NCBI GenBank assembly: GCA_000145985.1
Contig: CP002098.1
Location: 803,853 to 867,852 of the forward strand
Length of the DNA: 64,000 bases
Direction of reading: 5' to 3'
Source of the DNA: Ignisphaera aggregans DSM 17230
GTDB lineage: Archaea; Thermoproteota; Thermoprotei_A; Sulfolobales; Ignisphaeraceae
Shown here: positions 40,931 to 51,315 of the stretch, one piece after another
Position numbering within the stretch: the stretch's first letter is position 1
Layout of the letters: the number at the start of each line of letters is the position of its first letter
Notes under the pieces: model-generated
What the model saw: the letters and a program-made list of their open reading frames with translations, nothing else
What the model was told of the DNA's origin: nothing
Databases searched by the model: none
Position numbers and translations under genes: made by a program

Positions 40931-41102
40931 TCTATATTAACTGTCGTTAGAGAAGGGTGTATGAAAAGATATTGAAAAGGTTATTGTATATAGATCTCAG
41001 AGCGAATCCCTAAGCATTATTTAGAAGAAGGATGGTAATGAGATGAAATCTTCATAGATATTATGTAGAAGACTTATAAGCATCTAGTATCTATCTAAGC
41101 AC

Positions 41103-42944
41103 ATGGGCATAGGATATAGACAGCTCTTTAGAAAATCTATTGATGCTATAAAGAGAGTTATCGATGTTGCTTTTGGTAGAGAGTCTGCTGATCTTGTTCT
41201 TGAGAATGCTACTCTTGTAAATGTTGTAACGGGGGAGATACTTGATAGAGTCTCTATAGCTATAGCTGATAGGTATATAGCTATAGTCTCAGAGGAAAGA
41301 GTTGGAGGTATAAGAGCTCTAAATAGTGTGGATCTTAGGGGTATGTATATAGTTCCAGGGTTCATAGATGCTCATGTCCATATAGAATCGTCATTTCTAT
41401 CGCCAGAGGAATTCTCAAGGGTTGCAGAGCTTCATGGAACTACGCTAGCTGTTATAGATCCACATGAGCTTGCTAATATTGGTGGGAGAAGATTTCTAGA
41501 GCTGTTGCTAGAATTTATTACTGGTTGTGGTGATAGATGTATAAAGCTATTGGTTCAGATACCTAGCTGTGTACCACCATCAAAAGATTCATATGTTCTT
41601 GATACACCTGGATCCATCTTATCTATGGATGATATAGCTATTCTCATTGAGAAGGGTTTTCATAGTCTTGGAGAGGTTATGGATTTTGAATCTATTGTTA
41701 ATGGCGATGAAGATACTCTTAACAGGGTCATATATAGTTTAGATCATGGACTTAGGGTATACGGACATATGCCAGTAAATGATATTGGCGCTCTAAATAT
41801 CTATTTCTCAACAGGTATAAGCTCTGACCATGAGATTTCTACATATGGAGAATTTGTTGAGAGGGTTAGACGTGGTGTATATGCAATGGTTAGAGGTGGT
41901 GGTGCTTGGGATGATGTTTCACGTATAATACCTGGGATTGCTAAGAGTGGGATTGATACTAGGAGGCTTATACTTGTAACAGATGATATATCTGTTATTG
42001 ATCTTGTTGAAAAGGGTTATATGGATAGAGTTGTTAGGGAGGCTATAGAATATGGCTTAGATCCTGTTAGAGCTATACAAGCTGTAACTATTAATCCTGC
42101 TGAATATCTGAGGATAGATGACTATGTAGGTATTATTGCCCCAGGTAGATTTGCTGATATGGTTATTCTTAGAGATCTTAGGAGTGTTGATGTCTTTGGC
42201 GTTATAAGGGATGGTGTTATGAGGGTGTGGAATGGTGATAGAGTTAGAGATATAGATACGAGGAAGATCGATGATTCTTTAGCAAAACAGTTTAGGGTTA
42301 TGAATGTCAATCCTATGGCTAGCTGGAGAGATCTTGTGATTAGTGCTCCAGATAATGTTTCTAGAGCTATTGTAAGGGTTATTGTTATTAGACCTGGGGA
42401 AACTATTAGTAGAGCTGAGATAGCTGAACTACCTATATACAATGGCTATATAGCTTCTGATCCAAGTAGAGGTATTCTACATATAGCTGTTGTTGATAGA
42501 TATAGAGCTAGTCGAGATATTGGCAAAGGCTTTATAAAGATTGTTCCTATGGCTAGAAGGGGTGCTATAGCCCAGAGCTATGCCCATGATACACACAATA
42601 TTGTTGTTATTGGCTCTGACCCCATAAACATGTATATAGCTTTAAACGAGGTTGTAAGGATTGGTGGAGGTATAGCTGTTGTAGCTGATGAAAAACCTGT
42701 AGCTGTATTAGATCTTGGGATAGGGGGTGTTATGAGTGTTAAACCCCTTGAAACTGTGTATAGATTTATGAAGAGTATTGAGAATAGTGTTATAGAGCTT
42801 TTCAGTGGTGCTCCCCCTAGAGATTTCCTCATATCTTTATCACTCATAAGCCTTACTGTTATTCCAGAGGTTAGACTCACTACTAAAGGTCTTGTAGATG
42901 TCTCTAGTAGGAGGGTTATAGATGTGGTAGTTAGATATATGTAG
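41103..42944 (+). CDS. ade: Adenine deaminase (amidohydrolase superfamily)
   Basis: PGFIDAHVHIESS metal-binding motif and about 600 aa size are typical of Ade. Confidence 0.75.
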   Translation: MGIGYRQLFRKSIDAIKRVIDVAFGRESADLVLENATLVNVVTGEILDRVSIAIADRYIAIVSEERVGGIRALNSVDLRGMYIVPGFIDAHVHIESSFLSPEEFSRVAELHGTTLAVIDPHELANIGGRRFLELLLEFITGCGDRCIKLLVQIPSCVPPSKDSYVLDTPGSILSMDDIAILIEKGFHSLGEVMDFESIVNGDEDTLNRVIYSLDHGLRVYGHMPVNDIGALNIYFSTGISSDHEISTYGEFVERVRRGVYAMVRGGGAWDDVSRIIPGIAKSGIDTRRLILVTDDISVIDLVEKGYMDRVVREAIEYGLDPVRAIQAVTINPAEYLRIDDYVGIIAPGRFADMVILRDLRSVDVFGVIRDGVMRVWNGDRVRDIDTRKIDDSLAKQFRVMNVNPMASWRDLVISAPDNVSRAIVRVIVIRPGETISRAEIAELPIYNGYIASDPSRGILHIAVVDRYRASRDIGKGFIKIVPMARRGAIAQSYAHDTHNIVVIGSDPINMYIALNEVVRIGGGIAVVADEKPVAVLDLGIGGVMSVKPLETVYRFMKSIENSVIELFSGAPPRDFLISLSLISLTVIPEVRLTTKGLVDVSSRRVIDVVVRYM

Positions 42945-42954
42945 AGGTGGTTGT

Positions 42955-44358
42955 ATGGGGTTTAGAGAAAAGCTCTCGAATGCTATAAGAGCTATAGATT
43001 TTGGAGATATCTATCTAAGGCCATCTCTATCACCTGTAGATCCAAATGAGGTTGATACTAGTACAAGATTTACTAGGAATATTAGGATAAAGATACCAAT
43101 AGTTTCATCGCCTATGGATACAGTTACAGAGCTTGATATGGCTATAGCTATGGCTCTTCTTGGAGGTATAGGTGTTGTCCATAGGAATATGTCTATAGAT
43201 CAACAGCTAGATATTGTTAGGAAGGTGAAGGAGCATCCACCGATAAGACTTAGAAGAATCTATGTATCTATAGGTGATAGCTGTAGATATGCTTTAGAGA
43301 TTATGAAGAGCTATGGAATTAGATCTATACCTGTAGTTGATAGTGATACAAAGGTTGTTGGCTATGTATATATACATGATGTATTGGATAGAGAGTCTAT
43401 GTATAAACCTGTGGCAATGTGTATGAGGTCTGGTGAGATATATAGTGTTAGAGATATTGAGAGAGCTAGAGATAGCGTTATTAGGGGGTCTATGGATACA
43501 GTTGCTATTGTTAGTCATAACGGTGATTACCTCGGTACCTTAACACTTGACGATGCTCTCCTAGATGTTACACCATCGCTAGATGAAAATGGTTCTCTAC
43601 TTGTAGCTGCAGCTATATCTCCATATGATTTTGCTAGAGCTGAGAAGCTCGATAGATATGTAGATGCATTTGTATCTGATGTAGCTCACTTCCATAACAT
43701 AAACGTTATTAGAGCATCTAAAGAACTTGTTAAGAAGATCTCTGCAGATTTTGTGGCTGGTAATATAGCTACATATGATGCTACTATAGATGTTTTGACC
43801 CATATAGATAGAGTTGATGCTTTTAGAGTTGGTCTTGGCGGAGGATCTATATGTACAACACCACAGGTAGCAGGAGCATATATACCTACTCTATGGGGTG
43901 TTGCAGAGGTTAGAGATGCTTTAGAGGATCAGAAGGTGGATATACCTATAATTGCTGACGGTGGTATTAGAACAGGTGGAGATATTGTAAAGGCTCTTGC
44001 TACAGGTGCTAGTAGTGCTATGGTTGGATATCTAGTTGCTGGAACAGATGAAGCTTCTGCACCTATAATAGCTATAGGGGATAATCTATATAAACCGTAT
44101 AGAGGTATGGCGAGTATAGGGGCTATGAAGAGAAGATTTGCTGTTGATAGATATAGTAGAGTTTCTAAGAGGGTTGCAGAAGGTGTTGAGGGTCTTGTAC
44201 CATATAGAGGCTCTGTCTATAACGTTATACAAGATGTGGTAGAAGCTATTAGAGCTGGCATGGGATATGCAGGGGCGAGAACAGTAGAGGAGCTGTGGAG
44301 CAAGGCTATATTCATATCTACAAGGTCTAAGGATAAACCAGTGGATCTACATATATAG
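42955..44358 (+). CDS. guaB: IMP dehydrogenase with CBS domain pair
   Basis: SSPMDTVTE, catalytic loop GGGSICTT (Cys) and GGIRTGGDIVKALA motifs. Inserted CBS pair. Confidence 0.8.
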   Translation: MGFREKLSNAIRAIDFGDIYLRPSLSPVDPNEVDTSTRFTRNIRIKIPIVSSPMDTVTELDMAIAMALLGGIGVVHRNMSIDQQLDIVRKVKEHPPIRLRRIYVSIGDSCRYALEIMKSYGIRSIPVVDSDTKVVGYVYIHDVLDRESMYKPVAMCMRSGEIYSVRDIERARDSVIRGSMDTVAIVSHNGDYLGTLTLDDALLDVTPSLDENGSLLVAAAISPYDFARAEKLDRYVDAFVSDVAHFHNINVIRASKELVKKISADFVAGNIATYDATIDVLTHIDRVDAFRVGLGGGSICTTPQVAGAYIPTLWGVAEVRDALEDQKVDIPIIADGGIRTGGDIVKALATGASSAMVGYLVAGTDEASAPIIAIGDNLYKPYRGMASIGAMKRRFAVDRYSRVSKRVAEGVEGLVPYRGSVYNVIQDVVEAIRAGMGYAGARTVEELWSKAIFISTRSKDKPVDLHI

Positions 44359-44375
44359 CACATAATATTTTGTCT

Positions 44376-45035
44376 CTAAGACTCTCTTCTTTCCTCCTGC
44401 TTCTTCTCCTGCTGTTCCCTAAGCTTCTTATATGCTAATCCAACCATTATAGATGCATATATATGTAACTTCCATGCCTCAGGTCTATCACCATACTCAT
44501 CAGTAACCTTTCTAGCCAACTCCCTAAGCTCTAGAGCCTCCTCAAGAGTAAGCTCATCCTTCTCTAAAAGCTCTTTTATCCTCATCCACTCCTCCTTAGT
44601 AAGAGGATTCATCATAGCAATTCTAACAACTCTAGAAGCCTCATTCCTAATCATAGTTGCTTCCAATGGCTTTAAAATACCTTGTGAAACCATATACTCG
44701 ATAAAGAACTCTTGATAAGACCTAAAAGCTTCTCCAATCCTATTAATCCTAGAATCTACATAGTTCTTCAACCAGTTGAACTTGTCATCAACATATCTTC
44801 TCATCTCATCAAATCTATTATCTATAGCCTCAAACCTTCTGTTAATTTCATCAAATCTTCTATCAATCTCCTTAAACCTCTCATCTATTTGCTGAAACCT
44901 CATATCAATCTCTCTAAATCTAGCATCAATCTCTGCAAATTTTCTACCTAGCCAATATATCATTCCTCCAAGAGTTGTTAGAATAGATATAGCTGTAGCT
45001 ACTATGGCAACTATAGTTGCTATATCTACAACCAT
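44376..45035 (-). CDS. Membrane-anchored coiled-coil protein with tandem heptad repeats (paralog of 17886..18620)
   Basis: N-terminal TM, heptads IDARFRE IDMRFQQ IDERFKE IDRRFDE INRRFEA IDNRFDE, and a C-terminal NPLTKEE...DELTLEEALEL block shared with the paralog. Confidence 0.55.
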   Translation of the reverse strand: MVVDIATIVAIVATAISILTTLGGMIYWLGRKFAEIDARFREIDMRFQQIDERFKEIDRRFDEINRRFEAIDNRFDEMRRYVDDKFNWLKNYVDSRINRIGEAFRSYQEFFIEYMVSQGILKPLEATMIRNEASRVVRIAMMNPLTKEEWMRIKELLEKDELTLEEALELRELARKVTDEYGDRPEAWKLHIYASIMVGLAYKKLREQQEKKQEERRES

Positions 45036-45179
45036 TGTAACACCTATTATAATATCGCTTTAGAGAACTTATATGTGTATCCGTAAGCATGTTTTTATAG
45101 ACAGTCAATACTTTTTACTAGGTATAGATATGGCTATGAAAAGGTTTGGGATATAGCTAAAAAAATGATTTGAATAGAA

Positions 45180-46772
45180 CTACTTTTTCCTTAATATAAA
45201 TCCTAATGCTATTCCTATGATAGCTATTATAGCTCCTATAGCTATTGTTGTCATAGATATTTTCTCTATTGTTGTTGTAGATATGGATACAGTTGTTGTT
45301 GTGACTATAGATGTAACTGTCTGTGTAATGGTTTGTAGAACTGTTGTTGGAATAGTTATGCTCTCTGTAACTATTTTCGTCGCAGTCTGTGTAACTGTTG
45401 TAGTGAGTGTTGTGTATTGTTGTAGTTGTGTTGGTATGGTCGTTGTATAATATGTTGTTGTAGGTGTATATATTTCTGTTACTGCTCCTATACCTCCTAT
45501 AGCTGTTAATGGGCTGATAAGAGTGCTAAATGTTGGTGTAAATAGAGATCCGCTATATGCAAGAGTTGCAGCTCTATAGATATTTGAGGTAATGGCTGGA
45601 TCAGATGCTACATCAATAGTTGTTACAATATTCATTGGTAGCAGCATCTTTACTGGTTCTAGGACTGATATAATGATTTGTACAACTCTTTTTGTAGCTT
45701 CATATCCTGATAGGGTTGAGTGTATAATTCTTATACCCTTTGCACTAAGACTTACATCGGCTACACCTTTACCTATACTACCTTCAAAGGATATACTCAT
45801 ATTTGATGGTATTGGCACAAGTTCTTGTAGAAATCCAAGGGCTTCTCTACCCTCTTTAGATAATACAAGATTTGATATAGCCTCTGTAATCAGCTTGGCA
45901 TTAATCTTAGCAAAATCTATTGTAAGACCATTATAATCGAAATTAATGTTGCTAACCATTTTCGTATAGCATTTATCTCCAAGAGATGTGCCCTCAGCTC
46001 TAAGCTGTACAATATTATTTAGCTGAATAGCTCTATACATATCGGTATACTTTTTAACAAGATCAATATTTGTTATATTCATATATAGAGCCATAGCTAT
46101 CTGGTCAACGGCAGTAGAAACATTGAATCTTATTACATCTACATCATCTCTACTCTCTACAGATATCCTTATATCTTTAAACGATACCCAGTTGATTCCC
46201 TGTGACATAAGCTGCATGTTCATCATATCTGGGGTAAGTATTGAAAACATTGATAGCTGTTCTCTTGGAATCGCACCAGCTGGTATCTCTATATATCCAC
46301 TATATGTAGATAGAGCATTGTATTTTTCATCTATTACCGAGCGACTTGATAGATAGAGCCTCACAACCTCAACTCTATCTTTAGCAGGGTTAAAGTTATA
46401 GGTAGTCATGTTTGCATTGGTTATATAGTCTCCTCCACTCCCACTAGCCACAATATCCATTGAGAAGTTCCCGCCATAACAACTATATGGATTTACCATA
46501 TCTATTGAGAAACTTGCAGAACCTGTATATCTAGAGTCTATGTATGTGGTATATGCATTTAGACTCATCTTACTCTCTGTATCGCCTGGGGCACTACCTC
46601 TATAGCTAGCATCTATATCTATTTCAACACCATTCTCAACACCTCTAATATATATGTTTATATTTGGCATCTGTGAATATACTGAGGATATTATTGGTAT
46701 AACCATTATTGCTATAGCTATGAGAGCTACTCCCACTATATATCTACGGGATATACCCATTACACATCCCAA
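45180..46772 (-). CDS. Secreted surface protein with C-terminal Thr-rich stalk and TM anchor
   Basis: N-terminal signal/TM, large extracellular domain, Thr-rich region (TTTYYTTTIPTQ...TTVTQT...), and a C-terminal hydrophobic anchor plus RKK. Confidence 0.45.
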   Translation of the reverse strand: MGCVMGISRRYIVGVALIAIAIMVIPIISSVYSQMPNINIYIRGVENGVEIDIDASYRGSAPGDTESKMSLNAYTTYIDSRYTGSASFSIDMVNPYSCYGGNFSMDIVASGSGGDYITNANMTTYNFNPAKDRVEVVRLYLSSRSVIDEKYNALSTYSGYIEIPAGAIPREQLSMFSILTPDMMNMQLMSQGINWVSFKDIRISVESRDDVDVIRFNVSTAVDQIAMALYMNITNIDLVKKYTDMYRAIQLNNIVQLRAEGTSLGDKCYTKMVSNINFDYNGLTIDFAKINAKLITEAISNLVLSKEGREALGFLQELVPIPSNMSISFEGSIGKGVADVSLSAKGIRIIHSTLSGYEATKRVVQIIISVLEPVKMLLPMNIVTTIDVASDPAITSNIYRAATLAYSGSLFTPTFSTLISPLTAIGGIGAVTEIYTPTTTYYTTTIPTQLQQYTTLTTTVTQTATKIVTESITIPTTVLQTITQTVTSIVTTTTVSISTTTIEKISMTTIAIGAIIAIIGIALGFILRKK

Positions 46773-46886
46773 TCTCAGTAGATAGATATTGGTACAAGAC
46801 TTAAAAACCTTACCCTACATCGAGCTGTTTCAAGATTCATTAATGCTTTTATCATTTTGGTGCTATCTCAGTATATGTGAGTCTCT

Positions 46887-48347
46887 ATGTCTATAAAGCT
46901 TGGGAAAGACTTTAGATTTGGATTCTCTATAGTTGGTGTTCAGCATGAGATGGGTTTACCTGGATCAGAATTTGTTAGCGACTGGGTTTTGTGGCTCCAT
47001 GACCAGGAAAACATTGTCTCTGGACTTGTGAGTGGTGATTTTCCTGAGAATGGACCTGGCTATTGGCATCTATATAGACAGGATCATGATATTGCTGAGA
47101 GGCTTGGTATGGATGCTATGTGGATAACTATTGAATGGGCAAGGATATTCCCTAGACCGACAACAGATGTTGTTGTACCTATTGATAGGGATTCCGAGGG
47201 TATTAAGGGTGTATATATAGATGTTGAACATATAGAGAAGCTTAGGAGCTATGCAGATAGAGATGCATTGAGACGCTATAGGGAGATTATAGAGGATTGG
47301 AAGAGCCGTGGAGGTATGGTTATAGTAAATCTCTTCCACTGGTCTCTACCCATATGGCTCCACGACCCTATAAAGGTTAGGAAGCTTGGTGTTGATAGAG
47401 CACCTGCGGGTTGGGTTGATGAGAAGACTGTTGTTGAATATACAAAGTTTGTTGCTTTTATTGCTCATGAGCTTGGGGATGTTGTTGATATGTGGTATAC
47501 AATGAATGAACCAAATGTTATTGCCTCTCTTGGATATATACAGATACAGTCTGGTTTCCCACCCGGCTATCTAGATATTGACTGCTATAAGAGGGTTGTT
47601 AAACATCTTGCTGAAGCCCATGCAAGAGGCTATGAAGCAGTAAAGCTATTTTCGAAGAAGCCTATAGGAATTGTAGAGTCTATAGCTAGCTGGATACCTC
47701 TGAGAGAAGGTGATAGAGAGGCTGCAGAGAAGGGATTTAGATATAATCTGTGGCCAATAGAAGTAGCTGTAAATGGCTATCTAGATGATGTATATAGAGA
47801 TGATCTAAAGGGTCATCTAGATTGGATAGGGCTCAACTACTATACTAGAAATGTTGTTGTCTCTGACCCTAGATCTCTACAGGGCTTTAGGATTCTCCCA
47901 GGATACGGATATGGATGTACACCAAGGGGAATATCTATAGATGGTAGACCGTGTAGCGATTTTGGCTGGGAGATATATCCTGAGGGTATATACGATGTAC
48001 TCAAAAGGCTTTGGGATAGATATAGACTCCCAATATATGTTACAGAGAATGGCATTGCAGATGCTGTTGATGCACTAAGACCTCATTTCATAGTCTCACA
48101 TCTATACCAGATACATAGAGCTAGGAGCGAAGGTGTTGATGTTAGAGGCTACTTCCACTGGAATCTTATAGATAATCTTGAGTGGGCACAGGGATATAGA
48201 ATGAGGTTTGGTCTTGTCCACGTTGATTTTGAGACTAAGAAGAGGTATCTAAGGCCAAGTGCATTGCTGTTTAGAGAGATTGCAAGTGGTAAGGAGATAC
48301 CGGATGAGTTTATGCATATGGTTTATCCACCTAGGTACAGGGTATAG
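46887..48347 (+). CDS. Glycoside hydrolase family 1 beta-glycosidase (LacS-like)
   Basis: GH1 acid/base motif YTMNEPN and nucleophile motif YVTENGIAD. 486 aa. Confidence 0.85.
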   Translation: MSIKLGKDFRFGFSIVGVQHEMGLPGSEFVSDWVLWLHDQENIVSGLVSGDFPENGPGYWHLYRQDHDIAERLGMDAMWITIEWARIFPRPTTDVVVPIDRDSEGIKGVYIDVEHIEKLRSYADRDALRRYREIIEDWKSRGGMVIVNLFHWSLPIWLHDPIKVRKLGVDRAPAGWVDEKTVVEYTKFVAFIAHELGDVVDMWYTMNEPNVIASLGYIQIQSGFPPGYLDIDCYKRVVKHLAEAHARGYEAVKLFSKKPIGIVESIASWIPLREGDREAAEKGFRYNLWPIEVAVNGYLDDVYRDDLKGHLDWIGLNYYTRNVVVSDPRSLQGFRILPGYGYGCTPRGISIDGRPCSDFGWEIYPEGIYDVLKRLWDRYRLPIYVTENGIADAVDALRPHFIVSHLYQIHRARSEGVDVRGYFHWNLIDNLEWAQGYRMRFGLVHVDFETKKRYLRPSALLFREIASGKEIPDEFMHMVYPPRYRV

Positions 48348-48350
48348 AAT

Positions 48351-51125
48351 GTGTCTCATCTATATAGAGAGACAGTTGTTTTTATCACAACAATAATATT
48401 TGTCTTACAGATATCGCCACTATCTATATCTATAGCAGAGCGGTTTTCTCCAGATCTAGCTGTAAAGATGTTTATAGAGAGCCATAGCATCCCCGACTTT
48501 GTTAAGCATTCTATAGACCCTATGCTCCCAGATGTTTTTAGAGATGGTGTTCTGCTTTCCTATATAATTGCATCTGAAGGTATTGTTCTTCTAAAGAACA
48601 ATGGTGTTCTACCTCTCAACCATCATGAGAAGATAGCTGTATTTGGTGTTGCTCAGCACTGGGCTTGGTATTACCATGGCGGTGGATCTGGATATGTAGC
48701 TGTATCCCCTGATAGAGTTGTTACACTTCTAGAGGGTTTGAGGAACGCTGGTTTTATTGTTGATGAGGAGCTTGTTGATTTCTATAGGAGGTGGGTTGAG
48801 AGATATGGATATAGATATAGGGTTCATTGGTGGAATATAACTATTGCTGATGAGCCTAGTTTTAGTGATGATGAGGTGAAGCACTATGCTGAGAGAAACG
48901 GTGCTGCTATAGTTGTCATATCTAGATGGTCTATGGAGGGAGGAGATATTCCTTCGACAGAGAAAGGGGTTATCTCTACATGGGGAGGTATATCAATTGT
49001 TGCCCCGGGCTATAGATTAACACCACAGGAGTTAAACCTCATAAAACTTGTTTCGAGATACTTCAACAAAACCATTGTTATCCTAAACACCCCGGGTCCT
49101 ATAGATATGTCTTGGGATAGTCCAGATATAGATGCTATTCTATGGGTTGGATACCCAGGTGAACAGGGTGGAAACGCTGTTGCTGCTATCCTCCTAGGAC
49201 TTGTCTCTCCATCTGGTAAACTACCAGATACATGGGCATACAGGTTAGAGGACTATCCATCCACAAAGTACTTCGGTGTTGATGAATCTGTATATTGGGA
49301 GGATATATATGTTGGCTATAGATACTTCGATACATTTGGTATAGATGTTGCATATCCATTTGGATACGGTCTCTCATACACAAGGTTTAGGATAGATGTT
49401 GAAAATATTGGTATTGAGAATGGATACTATGTAAAGATTAGGGTGAGGGTTACCAACACAGGTTGTTACCCGGGTAAAGAGGTTGTGCAAATATATGTGA
49501 GTAAACCTGATAGTATTCTTGAGAAGCCTTATCAAGAGCTTATAGCTTTTGCTAAGACAGATCTTCTTCAACCTGGTCAGAGCCAGTATATAGATATAAC
49601 ATTTGATGTTAGGTCTATGGCTTCATACTCAGAGGAGCTCTCTGCATGGGTTCTAGAGCCAGGGGAGTATATTATCAGAGTTGGAAACTCGTCTAGAGAT
49701 ACACATATAGCTGCTATACTCATTCTCAACAAAATGGTTATAGTTGAAGACACTGAGAATAGACTACATGCACCTCATATCAATAGGCTTAGCAAGTGGG
49801 CTCTAAATGCAAAGCCCATACCTTATCAGGGGGAGTTAGATGAGTATAGATCTGCCCCTAGAATCTATATAGATCCAAGCTCTATACCTACAACGAATAG
49901 AACTGGATGGCCTGAAAAACCAAAGCCCCTCAACGTGAGTATTCCTCCCGATGCTGTGATAAAGCTTAGAGATGTCTTTGAGGGTAGATACACATTAGAA
50001 CAATTTGTAGCTCAGATGAGTTCTAGAGAACTTGTTGATCTGCTCATTGGTTTAAGGGGTGTGGATAGATATGGTATTCCAGAGCTTAGACATGTAGATG
50101 GACCTAACGGTGTTAGACAAGGGCCTTCACCAAACCCTGGAGGAACAGCATTCCCTGTTGCAACGATTATCGCTGCTACATGGGATATAGAGCTCGCTAA
50201 GGTCTATGGGTATCAGATAGGTCGTGAGCTTCTATATCTAGGGATATCGCTATGGCTTGCACCTGGTCTCAATATACATAGGAATCCTCTTGGTGGTAGA
50301 AACTTTGAGTATTTCTCTGAGGATCCTCTGCTTAGTGGTGTTATTGGTGCATCTATTGTTAAAGGTGTTCAGAGTGTTAATGGTGTTGGAGCTGTTCCAA
50401 AGCATTTTGTTGGAAATGAACAGGAGTTTAATAGATATAGCTCAAATTCAATTGTATCTGAAAGAGCATTGAGAGAGATATATCTAAAGCCATTTGAGAT
50501 TGTTGTAAAGACATCTGATCCATGGGCTATAATGACCTCGTATAACAAGGTAAACAATGTCTATACAGGAAATGACTGGAGTCTCATCGAAGGTGTTTTA
50601 AGGTTTGAGTGGGGATTCAGCGGATTTGTTATGACTGATTGGTACTCTGCTAGCTACAACTATAGAGCATTTATAGCTGGAAACGATGTTTTAATGCCAT
50701 ATGATGCAGATCTCTATAGAGCTGTACAGACACAGGTGGCTAACGCTCTGAACAGTGGTGAGATGGGTATAGAATATCTACAGAGATGTGCATACAACCT
50801 ACTAAGAGTTGTTATGAGGACTAGAATATTTGCTGAATCTATAGGGATGAAGCAAGAGGATGTATATCTATATACACCACCCCCAGATCTATTCAAGATA
50901 GAGAAACACTATACAGGGTATAGAGAGATATATACAGCTAGCACCATCTATACAACAACCATAGAGAAATCCACTACCACAACAATCACACCAACGACAA
51001 CACAGACAATTACAACAGTAACAACAACAATGAAGAGAATAGATATTGAGGCACTGTTTATCGCTACATCTGTTTTTCTAATCGGTATAGCGATAGGATA
51101 TATCGTGGCTAGGAGAAGGACATGA
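48351..51125 (+). CDS. Glycoside hydrolase family 3 beta-glucosidase/xylosidase-like enzyme with C-terminal Thr-rich stalk and TM anchor
   Basis: GH3 nucleophile motif GFVMTDW. C-terminal TTTIEKSTTTTITPTTTQT linker followed by a TM helix and RRRT. Confidence 0.7.
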   Translation: MSHLYRETVVFITTIIFVLQISPLSISIAERFSPDLAVKMFIESHSIPDFVKHSIDPMLPDVFRDGVLLSYIIASEGIVLLKNNGVLPLNHHEKIAVFGVAQHWAWYYHGGGSGYVAVSPDRVVTLLEGLRNAGFIVDEELVDFYRRWVERYGYRYRVHWWNITIADEPSFSDDEVKHYAERNGAAIVVISRWSMEGGDIPSTEKGVISTWGGISIVAPGYRLTPQELNLIKLVSRYFNKTIVILNTPGPIDMSWDSPDIDAILWVGYPGEQGGNAVAAILLGLVSPSGKLPDTWAYRLEDYPSTKYFGVDESVYWEDIYVGYRYFDTFGIDVAYPFGYGLSYTRFRIDVENIGIENGYYVKIRVRVTNTGCYPGKEVVQIYVSKPDSILEKPYQELIAFAKTDLLQPGQSQYIDITFDVRSMASYSEELSAWVLEPGEYIIRVGNSSRDTHIAAILILNKMVIVEDTENRLHAPHINRLSKWALNAKPIPYQGELDEYRSAPRIYIDPSSIPTTNRTGWPEKPKPLNVSIPPDAVIKLRDVFEGRYTLEQFVAQMSSRELVDLLIGLRGVDRYGIPELRHVDGPNGVRQGPSPNPGGTAFPVATIIAATWDIELAKVYGYQIGRELLYLGISLWLAPGLNIHRNPLGGRNFEYFSEDPLLSGVIGASIVKGVQSVNGVGAVPKHFVGNEQEFNRYSSNSIVSERALREIYLKPFEIVVKTSDPWAIMTSYNKVNNVYTGNDWSLIEGVLRFEWGFSGFVMTDWYSASYNYRAFIAGNDVLMPYDADLYRAVQTQVANALNSGEMGIEYLQRCAYNLLRVVMRTRIFAESIGMKQEDVYLYTPPPDLFKIEKHYTGYREIYTASTIYTTTIEKSTTTTITPTTTQTITTVTTTMKRIDIEALFIATSVFLIGIAIGYIVARRRT

Positions 51126-51315
51126 GATAGCTATACCCTACCCTAAAACAGTATTACTATTCCAGAGACAATATGTGGCTATATAGCCATAACTTGTTTA
51201 GGGTGTGGGAATTAGAGCTTTATGTTAATGACATAGGGTTTGTATTGAGATGAAATGTTCATTTCATTAAAATATTTTATCTCCTCCATAGAAACTATAG
51301 TACATGGTGTAGAAA

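Noticed and set aside
44712-44951. Plus-strand ORF with repetitive LKPxINL peptide
   Set aside because: It is the antisense reading of the heptad-repeat gene 44376-45035. Its periodicity mirrors the real repeats.
45217-45450. ORF encoding a Val/Ile/Thr-rich 77-aa peptide
   Set aside because: It is antisense to the Thr-rich stalk region of the 45180-46772 surface-protein gene. It is a composition artefact.
45420-51125. Thr-rich, tandem-looking nucleotide repeats (acaac/acagt) at gene 3' ends (about 45230-45470, 50940-51050)
   Set aside because: They encode Thr/Ile-rich stalk linkers of membrane-anchored exoproteins. They are not CRISPR, minisatellite or mobile-element repeats.
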